Shown: one piece after another, positions 53,469-64,000 of the stretch
Layout: the number at the start of each line of letters is the position of its first letter
Numbering within the stretch: the stretch's first letter is position 1
NCBI GenBank assembly: GCA_030390025.1
Contig: CM059432.1
Span: 47,494,001-47,558,000 of the forward strand
Reading direction: 5' to 3'
Origin: Squalus acanthias
Lineage: Eukaryota
Length of the DNA: 64,000 nt
The notes under the pieces: model-generated
The model's database searches: none
The model's input: only the letters and a program-made list of their open reading frames with translations
Told to the model about the DNA's origin: nothing
Position numbers and translations under genes: made by a program

Positions 53469-54557
53469 GGCCAGAATTTTCCCCTAAAAAAGCGGGTGGG
53501 TTTGGAGCGTGGGGGCAGTTAAATTGTTAAAAATGGGATTCCCGACTTGATCCCGCCTCCAACTCGCCCATAGAATCATAGAAAGTTACAGCACGGAAGG
53601 AGGCCATTTCGGCCCATCATGTCCGCGCCAACAAAGAGCGATCCAGCCTAATCCCACTTCCCAGCTCTTGGTCCGTAGCCCTGCAGGTTAGAGCATCCCA
53701 AGTGCACATCCAAGTACTTTTTAAACTGTGGTTAGGGTTCCTGCCTCTACCATCCTTTCAGGCAGTGAGTTCCAGACCCCCACAACCCTCTGGGTGAAGA
53801 AATTTCCCCTCAAATCCCCTCTAAACCTTCCACCAATTACTTTAAATCTGTGCCCCCTGGTTTTTGACCTCTCTGCTAAGTGGGTCAAAAACCAGGGGGC
53901 ACAGATTTAAAGTTCGGCATCCGGTTTAAACGGAGACGGACGACCAACCCGCTCCCAGAGGGCGGTACGTCAATTTAAATATTATAATGAGGCTGGAAGT
54001 CTCTTTTCTCACCTCCATTTTGTTTTTAACTGCATGTGGACGGGTTTCACACAATTCGTGAAACCCGGCAGTTAAACCAAGGCGGGGACTGCTGCATTCA
54101 GGAGATAAGTGGCTTTATACCTACCTCCTGGATCCAGGCTTCCTACCGAACATCCCCCCTCGCAATCGGAGACCCCACCACGAGGCCTCTAATCGCATTC
54201 CCAGGCCTCTGATCCCCACCATGAAGCCTTCTCCCCCCCCCCCCCCCACTCCACCGATGATACTGAGGCCGGCCACAAACCTCCGGTGGATGGCACTGAT
54301 CCTCTTTTCCCCCCCGCCAATCCCCGTGATCCCTGATGCCGATCCCCCGACCCCACTCCTGCGATCCCTGATGCCGCCACCCACCTCTCCCCCCCCGCCC
54401 CAACCCCTTACATCTGCAGGCCTACCCGCCCGCGGCCAGCCAGCCTCTCAATCTGGCCGGCTGCGAGTGGGAATCCAAGGCCTCACATGCAAATCAGGCC
54501 CAGCCTCCCGCCCGCCTCAGAGGCCCCCAACCCGCCACCTTGGAGAAAAGTCCGGCC
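53469..54557. mobile_element. PIF/Harbinger-like MITE with a nested CR1 3' fragment (-, ~53570-53880)
   Basis: TIR GGCCAGAATTTTCCCC / GGAGAAAAGTCCGGCC; TSD not preserved. Confidence 0.7.
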
Positions 54558-55787
54558 TTAATCTTTAATTCATTTCTATCTATTTTCCAACATTTAGATA
54601 ACCTGGTCACTTCTTAATTTTAGCTCCTAATAATGTAATATATTCTCTTCCCAATTTTATTTACTTTTCCTGTTTAGTTGTGTTTTTATATTTTGCAATT
54701 TAATAAACCTGCATCATGTAATAAATTTAGCTAGCAAATTTTATGTTAACCAGAAGGAGTCACATATATGATTCTGGGCTAGTGGGGGGAAAGACATGGA
54801 AGTGAGAGAAGTTGCTTTGATACAAAGATGGGAGTAAAAACAAAGTTTAAAAAAAAAGCAAATTCCAGCCAGTCTTGCACCCCTTCCATATGCCAATCAC
54901 AGAGAAGCACTGAAAAAAGTAGGCCACCTGCCAGTTATAAAAATACCAATGTTATATTTTGCTTACAATAGTGCATTCAACTTAATTGTTAGAATTTGTC
55001 TTCCAAACTTAAATTAAAGCCCATGGGAAATGGGACAGCGGCAACATGGATACAAAACTGGCTAAGGGACAGAGAGCAGAGAGTGATGTAAACAATTGTT
55101 TTCCAGATTGGAGGGAAGTATACAGTGGTGTTCCCCAGGGGTCAGTATTACGACCATTGCTCTTTCTCATCTATATTGACCTGGGCTTGGGTATAGGGGG
55201 CATAATTTCGAAGTCTGCAGATGACACGAAACTCAGAAATGTAGTTAACGATGAGGAGGATGGTAACAGATTTCAAGAGGACATAGACAGACTGGTAAAA
55301 TGGGCAGACACATGGCAGATTAAATTTAACGTAGAGAAGTGTGAAGTGATGCATTTTGATAGGAAGAATGAGGAGAGGCAATATAAACCAAATGGTACAA
55401 TTTTAAAGAGGGTGCAGGAACAGAGAGACCTAGGGCTGTATGTACACAAATCTTTGAAAAACCTGTTAAAAAAGCATATGGGATCCTTGGCTTTATTAAG
55501 AGGCTCAGGGCTGGATTTTGCCATTGTGGGCGGGCTGGGGTGTGTCAGGTGACATTCGTGTCAGGATCCCGACTCCGAAGTGAAGTGGGGAAAAAGTGCG
55601 ATTTTCCCCTAATTGGTCAATTGATTTCCAGCGTGTGGGAACCCCTGGCCCAATGAGTCTTTTCATCCAGAAAGTCGCCTCCGATGACGTCATCAATGCT
55701 GCTGGATTTAAGGCCGGAAAGCAGCCTTGCTTCTTCTAGAGACTGCAAACTTTATGGCCATTGTAGTAAGCACTTCATTGATCGACT

Positions 55788-57687
55788 ATGTTCACCAGTA
55801 GGCCAAAGTGTGCTCCACGCTTCGATGAGCCCTCCCTCCAAGCTCTGGTGGAGGGAGCAAGATCCAATAAGGAGGTGCTCTTCCCTTCCTCGGAGAAAAA
55901 AGCCACCCCAGCAGACTAAAGCTGTGTGGCTCCAAGTGGCCCAGGAGGTCAACTCCATCTCGATGAGCCGCAGAACCTGGCTGCAATGCAGGAAGAGGTT
56001 TCATGACCTTCTCCGCACAGGAAAAGTGAGTATGACTTTCCCATCACCCTCAATCTGATCCCCATCACCTCTCCTCACCAGCTCTCTGCTTTGCCAACCT
56101 CTTCCTCCATATCCCACTTGACACTTACATCCCTGCACCCTTACCCATTCCCTCTCTCTCTATGGTCACATTCACTTAACTATTCGACCATGCAGCCCTC
56201 ACACTCCCCATCACTGTGATGCAACGAGAACTTACAACACACAGGGAGGGTCCTTTGTCTCCTTCTAAGCATCTATGCTATGGATTCTCTACACTCACTC
56301 CTTCATTCTCACTCAAACTCCACTTGTGTCCCTCATTTCAGGAAAAGAGAGCCCACAATAAGAGGGAAAGAGTGAGGACAGGAGGAGGGCCACCCTCAGT
56401 AGCCCAGCTCACCGCTTGGGAGAGGCGGCCCTGGAAATCGCCGGGATCGAGGACGATTCCCAAGTGGGGGACGGACAGGCGGGCACATCACAGCAAGCTG
56501 GTGACAGAATAGTTTGGCATCTCTCTCATTGACATTGCATGAGTCACTGATAATGATTCTGAAGCTCTAACAGATTGACTTATAATCATCTGCACTTTCA
56601 ATGTGCATGTAACCTTGACCTCACATCTCTAACTCTTTCCCTACAGGTTCATCGAAAGCCCCCGTCCCCACTGTCCAGGAGGAACAGCCTTAGCCTCCAG
56701 ACTCCTCAGAGGAAGCTGCAACCTCTGAGGGCGCAGCGTCAGCAGAATTCAGTGCACCCAGCACCAGCACAGATACTCACACATTGGTGGGACCTTCGCG
56801 AGATAGAGTAGTGTTGTCACTTGGTGTATCACAGCTCACAAGTGAGCATCAGCAGATGGTGGAGACAGGGACAGCAGTGGAGAGTCCTTGTCGGAGGGCG
56901 CAGGACTCTGCCAGCTCGGCTCAGCTGCATGTCGACCCTGTGCCTCCGGGTCCATCCAGAAGGAGAGCGGTGCTGGAACTCCAGGAACAGGTGCAGGAGT
57001 CTCTGGCAGGTTTTGTCTCCAGGGTCGCTGCGAGTGTGGAGCCCATTGCGAACATGAGCAGAGCCTTTGTGAAGGCATTGGCGCATGAACGCATCACCGT
57101 GGAAAGGATGGCTACCTCCGTGGTAAGGCTGGCTACCGTAGAGGAGAGGATGGCTATGGCCATGGAGGAGCTTAGTCGCCAGGGTCTTGAAAACATGGTC
57201 ATTATTCAGAATAGAATGACATCTCTTGAGGAGCGATGGTCAGCTATTGAGCATACAAACCAGACCTTCATGGAAGTCCTCTGGAGTAGGACTTCCAGTG
57301 CAGAAACGGGTCCTCATGGCCCCCCTGCAGTGCAGCAAGGTTGGCTGTCAAGCCCCTTGCTAGCTCTGAAGTGGGGCTGACCCATGAGAGGGAGGTTGGT
57401 GGCAGACAACAAGTGGGGGCACCTCTCCAAGCGACCATGCCATTGCAAAGCCCTCGGTCAGAGCCCCACCAGAGTCCTCACCCAACTGAGATGGGCCTCT
57501 CAGCCCCTGCACAGCCGCAGGAGCAGCAGACTGATGCCGAGCCCTAACAGGTTCGCAACCCCGGAGGACGCCCACCAAAAGTGTCGAGACAGGAGCAGAA
57601 AGTGAGAAAGGGGCCAACACATCTGCTGAAGCCACAGGGGAAGCACCATGTAGGAGCACGCTTAAGAGGAAGATAAAGCACAAGTAG
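55788..57687 (+). pseudogene. Harbinger Myb/SANT-like DNA-binding protein gene (NAIF1/MSANTD-like), 3 exons, frameshifted
   Basis: Exons ~55788-56025, 56342-56500 and 56647-57687 with GT-AG sites; APRFDEPSLQALV...VLFP, W.QVAQEVNS...RTWLQCRKRFHDL, RTGGGPP, then a coiled-coil-like region. Confidence 0.8.
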
Positions 57688-58471
57688 TCACAAGGGTAGT
57701 CACTTGGGTGCTGTGATGTATTGTATTTGGACCAGCCATCCTTGTCATGGTATCATAAACAGATTTGATGGCAAACTGTTGAAGTTGTGGTCTGTGTCAT
57801 TTCGCAAATGGGATTTCCACATTGGGCGACCTGCAATTGTCAGTATGGTGGTCAGAGTAATAGGAATCCACAGATTCTTGTCCACTGTCGATGGTCTGGT
57901 AAGAAGGTGCGAGGCAAAAGTGTCTGGTTGTGCAGGCTAAGCAAATCTGGTCAACATGAGTGCGTCCCTTGCATCCCGGCCAGCAATGTGGTCGCACGCT
58001 GGCGCCTTCTGGCCTTTGCAGCTTCAGGTGGGTGAGCAGTAGCTTGGCGCTCCTGTTGTTGCTGCTCATGGGTCTGCTGCTGCCGCGGCTGGTCTTCGTC
58101 CGAATCTGATGTCCAGCAGGAAAGGAAATAAATGGTTCGCCATGCTTCTGGTATATGCCTCAGTTGAGGAAGCGCTCAGTCAAGGTGGGGAGAGGGGTTT
58201 CCCAGCAGGTCACACTGGAGATGGGTGTCAGGCTCCAAACTTCCACAACAATGAGTAGGCCTGCTAAAAGCTCCCCCAGACCGGAGACAACAAAGTTCTG
58301 CCACCTGCAAGTGATCATTGGTGAAAACTCCTTTTTAATGGTGGAGCTGCAGCTGTTAGTAAGCAATCCAATCCAATTGTGAGACCGCCAGGATTAACTG
58401 GCGTGTTCCAGAGGAGGCGTGTAGGATGGGGGAGATGTCTAAAAATCAGAACGGCCTCTCAAAATGGGATT

Positions 58472-58904
58472 ATAGAAACATAGAAACATAGAATCTAGGA
58501 GCAGGAGTAGGCCATTCGGCCCGTCGAGCCTGCTCCGCCATTCAATACGATCATGGCTGATCATCCAAATCCAGTACCCTGTCCCTGCTTTAATCCCCAC
58601 AGTACACATATCCCACCCTACCCCCGTAACCCCACGTATTTAATTCCCCCTAACATATCCCATCCTATCCCCATAACCCCACATATTTAATCCCCCCTAA
58701 CACTAAGGGTCAATTTATCATAGCCAAATCAACCTAACCCACACATTTTTGGACTGTGGGAGGAAACCGGAGCACCCGGAGGAAACCCACGCAGACACGG
58801 GGAGAATGTGCAAACTCCACACAGACAGTCACCCGAGGTCAGATTCGAACCCGGGTCTCTGGCGCTGTGAGGCACCAGTGCTAACCACTATGCCACCGTG
58901 TTGC
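58472..58904 (-). mobile_element. HE1-type V-SINE (tRNA head, V domain, CR1-derived tail)
   Basis: A box TGGCATAGTGG, B box GGTTCGAATC, V core GTGGGTTTCCTCCGGGTGCTCCGGTTTCCTCCCAC; tail like the CR1 at 3931. Confidence 0.9.
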
Positions 58905-59864
58905 AATTAAGTGGTGGTTAAGGGCCTTAAGGGCCTATCCTGCCTCTTGGAGGCGGGATGGAAACGGGGTCTGAAAACACGAATGTGGGAAAATTGCTCG
59001 GAAGCGGGATCGGGCCCGGCCACCATTTTTTGCGATTTTGACAACTCTCACGCCTCCAAACCCGCCTCCTCGGGCCTGGTAAAATCGAGCCCATAGAGTA
59101 CAAAAGCATGAATGTTCTGCTAAACCTTTATAAACCACTGGTTAGGACTCAGCTGGAGTAGTGTGTTCAATTCTGGGCACCGCACTTTAGGAAGGATGTC
59201 AATGCCTTCTGTGCAGAAGAGATTTACCAAATTGGTACCGGGGATGAGAGACTTCAGTTATGTGGAGAGACTGGAAAAGCTAGGGTTGTTCGCCTTAGAG
59301 CAGAGAAGGTTAAGAGGAGATTTGATAGCGTGTTCAAAATCATGAATGGTTTGGATAGAGTAAAATAGGAGAAACGGTTTCCAGTGGCAGAAGGGTCAGC
59401 AACCAGAGGACACAGAATTAAGGTGATTGGCAAAAGAACCAGAGGCGACATGAGGAAAAAAACGATGCAACGAGTTGTGATCTGGAATGCACTACCTGAA
59501 AGGGTGGTGGAAGCAGGTTCAATAGTAACTTTCAAAATGGAATTAGATAAATACTTGAATGGTAAAAATTTGCAGGGCTACGGGGAAAGACCAGAGGAGT
59601 TGGACTTATTGGATAGCTCTACCAAAGAGCTGGCAGAGGCACGATGGGTCAAATGGCCTCCTTCTGTGCTCTATCATACTACGATTCTAACGGTGCTTGA
59701 TTTAAAATATTTAAATTAACAAGCATAGATTGCATGATAAATTAAAGCAAGTAATCCACCCCTGTGTGTGTGAGAGTAGTGCTAGCTATTTGGAAAGTTC
59801 TATTAGTCTTCAATCAACTAAGTTATTTCTTATCGTTGTATTTTTTGGAGAAATTCAACAGTCA

Positions 59865-60053
<189 letters not shown>

Positions 60054-60971
60054 TTACTGTAAACTACAAAAAACAGCAAAACTGTATTTGCTGGATTGTA
60101 CAATTAAGGGATATGCCACTACTGTCAAATGAATAAGTATGTGAATTCTGATTGTATTAAATGCAGTAAGTGAATAGCAATATCTGGCAGAGATTGTGAA
60201 AAGAACAGGAAAGCCATAAAGGGGCTGGATGTAGTCAGATACATCTTTAACTTCTGCTCATTTCCCGTTGACACTAAATACCATCCTACATATTCACATG
60301 AGAAATTCAATCATTACTCTCAAGACAAGCAGATACAACGCTGATTAATTCTCAGCAATCTGAAAAATTCTAGATTTAATGATTTCAAATTTTGTATTTT
60401 TAACTTCACATTTCGATGAACAATATCATGAACAAATTATTTTTTCTAGCTACTGAGCTTGGTTGTATATGTGTGGTACTATGCTGCACATCTGAAGATA
60501 ATTAAATAATCTTACTGATTTTTCATGGCTTTGCACATGAGGGAATCATGTTAAGTGTAGTCTTCTGATGAAGCATGGTTAGAAAGCAAGGGATAAATGG
60601 ACCAACGTGATTCAGTTGCCATTTTAAAAATCATATATTCTGTCTTTATTTTATAGAATATTTCGATTTTATGATTATTTATAGTTAAATAGAAAAGCCT
60701 ATGGCAATTTGGGAAGCAGAGAAGTAGATTTGGTTAGACCATAAGAATTTCTGTGTAGTACAGGCTAAGGACCCAGGAGATGCAAAACTGAAGTGCTATA
60801 GGGCTGCTACTGGTGGAAGTGTGTAATACAATGTGACAAGTTTACGTGGGCAGTTTTATTCTCAACATAGAAGTAGGAATTTATAATGGGAAAAACTAAC
60901 AAGAGCTGCACACAGACATAAGATTTTTAACATGTTGTGATGGATGTATTCGGTGTTAAAAAAATATTTTA

Positions 60972-61127
<156 letters not shown>

Positions 61128-62384
61128 TTAGTAGCATTATGAAAAAAAATCACTGCACTTACTTGCCACTCAACAATTAACTACTATTATAAATTCAGCC
61201 CAGTAAGATTCTATTGTCGATCCTCCTCCAGTGCTTCAGTGGGTAAATGTCCTGAGCCATAAAGATCAGGAAAGTTGAGATTCAATCCTTAAATCGGTGC
61301 TGAGTTAGCTGATTTCAGTGGTGGTGGAGGTACAATTGGCCTCAAACAAGTAATTAACAGGCTTGTAATACAAGGAGTAGGTGTACCCAACATTCCTTGA
61401 CTTGTATTGGAGCGGGAAAAAAAAAGAGGTTCACGAAAGCACCAAGGTGAAAATACAAAATATATTTCTAGGGAGTGGAAGAGTCGGAGAGAATGCCCCA
61501 CCCCAAAATCTTCATTTTTGACACTTTTTTGGTGTATATGTTATAGATGAAACTAGTATGTGTTATAAAATAATTCTACCTAATTTATTCTTCTGTTTTA
61601 CTCGGTTACTGGGATGTAATGTGAATGGACACTGCATTTTTCATCTATAAAAAGGCATTTGCTGAATTTTATTAGAAACTATTTTGTAGTTCCCACTTGT
61701 ATTTTAAAATGTCTTCCTTCCAGTAGCTGCAAATAAATCTTTATTAGGAGAAAAAGTTTTAATTAATTTTATTGACCATGGGATCATACTAAACAGGGCT
61801 CCTGGAAGGAAATTTAGAATTGTGCATTATTGCTGATTCGAGTCTGTCACGGATACCTTCTTGGGTTCAGTGGCGTCAGTTGCTCTCATGAGCGGTCAGA
61901 GCGTTTTATTTCTAAATGGCAGTTGACTTACACTGCTCTATTATCTACTTTTACAAAAATGTAATCCAGGGGTGTAACAATACTACCCCCTTGTGACCTA
62001 ATCTGAATATTTGTGTCTTTCGCACATGCACTTCTTCAAACTCTTTGGGCGGATCAAACTAACAGCTGGGTGATACAAAGCCAGATACAAATTGAAAACT
62101 GCTTTATTTCACACTAAAGCAAACAAACAAAATAGCATTTATGATCAGATTCACTTAACTCAATCACTTTTGAATACCACTGATCATTGAGAGTAGGCTG
62201 ATTAGACGGTAACTGGCAAGCAGCCGATCACCACTCGTATAGCACTGGGAGATCACCAATTTTATTTTAATGAGGCCCAACCACAAAAATGGCTCAGACC
62301 TTCGGTGAACTTCATTGGACGGACGGTGATTTCACTCTGCTCACACCTGTCCGATGAAAGGGTCACTTGAAAAATGGAACCATT

Positions 62385-63350
62385 GCTCTTCTCAAAATAT
62401 ATATATGATCTGGACTTGGATACAGGGTGTACAAATCAAAATTTCCAGATGACACAAAATACGGAGCATGGTTAATAGTGAAGAAGACTAAGTAAATGTA
62501 GGAAAACATAGACTGGTTAGTAGATTGGGCAGATAGATAGATGAAGAATAATGCAGAGAAATGTGAGGTAATATATTGGGGGGGGGGAGCATAAAGAGGG
62601 GAAGAATATATGGTAAAACCTTAAAAGGAATAGAGGAGCAAAGAGATTCAGGGATTCAGATGCACAAACCTTAAAAGGGTAGTTTAAATTGATCAAGTTA
62701 TAAAACAAGCAGGGATCTTGGGTTTTGTAAGTAGGGATATAGAGTACAAAAGCAAAGAAGTAATGCTAAACCTATATAAATCATTTGTTAAGCTATCGTT
62801 AGAACATTGTTAAGCTATCGTTAGAACATTGTGTCAGGTTTTGGTCACCTTACTTTAAGAAGGATGTGAAGGTCATGAAGAAGATTCAGAAGAGATTCAC
62901 TAAGAAGATACCAGTGATGAGAGGCCTTAGCTATGAGGTACTTAAAGAAACTGGGAGTCATGTCACTAGAAGAATGAAAGTTAAGAGATTTCACAGTGGT
63001 ATTCAAAATTGAGAGGTTTTGACAAGATAAATCAGGAAAAATTATTTCATTGGTCAATGAGTTGGTAACTAGAGAGCATAAATTTAAGATAATCACTAAA
63101 AGAATCAAAAGGACAGGTTGCAACATTTTTTTTATGTAGAGGATTGTTAGATCATGGAATGCTCTACCAAAAGTGGTGAAGGTAAATCCATAATAGCTTC
63201 TAAGAGAGTGGAATATATGAAATAGAAAAAATTAAGAGAGTATAGGGAAAGGGCAGGAGAATAGGGCTAAGTGGATAACTCTTTCAGAGAGCAAAAGTGT
63301 GAGGGGGTGATTGGCCTCCTTCTATATTGTAAAATCCTATGATTCTATTC
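62385..63350 (+). mobile_element. old CR1 LINE 3' part containing a 22-bp tandem duplication at 62785-62828
   Basis: Decayed RT/C-terminal similarity and tail; (ttgttaagctatcgttagaaca)x2. Confidence 0.75.
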
Positions 63351-63759
63351 TGTATATATAAAATAATTAAATTGCATACATAACATGAACCTAGAATATT
63401 ACTTTAAAGTGAATTAAGATCAATAGAACTTATGGACATAAATTTATATTAGTAAATTGCAAATTTAAACAGATCTTAGGAAAAACTTAGTTACTCAAAA
63501 AAATTACACACATTTGGAATTATATACTAGGTAAAGTAATGGAATCAAAGACATCCAGGATGTTCAAGATGCAGTTGGATGCTCGGCTCGGTGAGTTGAA
63601 ACACTAGAGGAACATCTTCAATGGGCCAAATGGCTTTTTCTTGTCCTTTACTTTTTCTTGGATTTTAAACTTTATTTGGTTTATTTTTCTTGATTATGGA
63701 TTTGAACACTGTCAACGTAGATGTAGATATAATCCTGGAAATAATAAGGAATCTCAAAA

Positions 63760-64000
63760 CAGATTGGACTGCAGGTTCCGATCGCATTACCCAAGGGTAA
63801 TTAAAGAGAGGGAAGCTGTGCTCTGTGAGCCCCTTGATTATATATTTAGCAGATCACTAGGGTCAAGGATTGTTGCCATGGACTGGAGGGAGGCTCATGT
63901 TATCCCAATATTCAAAAAGTAAGAAGCGAGAAATTATAGGCCATTAGCTCGATTTACAGGCAAGTTGCTAGAAGGAATCATTAGAAATACTGTGTATGAC
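63760..64000 (+). mobile_element. old CR1 RT N-terminal fragment running off the window
   Basis: YPRVIKE...DWREAHVIPIFKK...NYRP. Confidence 0.7.

Larger units (their letters stand above)
55508..59092 (+). mobile_element. non-autonomous PIF/Harbinger DNA transposon (~3.6 kb including a SINE)
   Basis: TIR GGGCTGGATTTTGCCA / TGGTAAAATCGAGCCC; interrupts a CR1; carries a Myb/SANT gene. Confidence 0.8.
55010..59688 (+). mobile_element. CR1 LINE 3' part split by the Harbinger element (CR1 = ~55010-55505 and 59093-59688)
   Basis: RT ORF 55046 onward; CR1 sequence ...ctttattaagaggc | atagagtacaaaagc... resumes across the insertion. Confidence 0.85.

Noticed and set aside
54121..54568. Gly-rich and Pro-rich ORFs
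   Set aside because: C-rich low-complexity interior of a Harbinger-like MITE.
58825..58904. tRNA-like sequence on the - strand
   Set aside because: Head of the HE1-type V-SINE.

Overview
Vertebrate genomic DNA, most likely a shark or other cartilaginous fish (inferred from HE1-type V-SINE, SacSINE1-type DeuSINE and dense HER1/CR1 LINEs). Two genes lie tail-to-tail. RMDN1 (+) contributes its last 8 coding exons (160-30116). WWP1 (-) contributes its last 6 coding exons, the C-terminal HECT domain (61113 down to 32244). Their 3' UTRs probably overlap around 30.2-30.3 kb. All exons have GT-AG boundaries and consistent phases. The introns are filled with nested transposable elements: several CR1 subfamilies (one copy a single nonsense codon from an intact ORF2), L2, a second APE/RT LINE family, SINEs, a decayed PIF/Harbinger element with a spliced Myb/SANT gene, and Harbinger, hAT and Tigger-like MITEs. 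The most interesting signal: two divergent CR1 subfamilies both end ORF1 with GGT TTA AAC TAA. This is a correctly phased U_UUA_AAC slippery heptamer whose -1 frame runs openly into an ORF2 lacking a conserved start codon, suggesting programmed -1 ribosomal frameshifting. TE boundaries are approximate unless a TIR/TSD is quoted.
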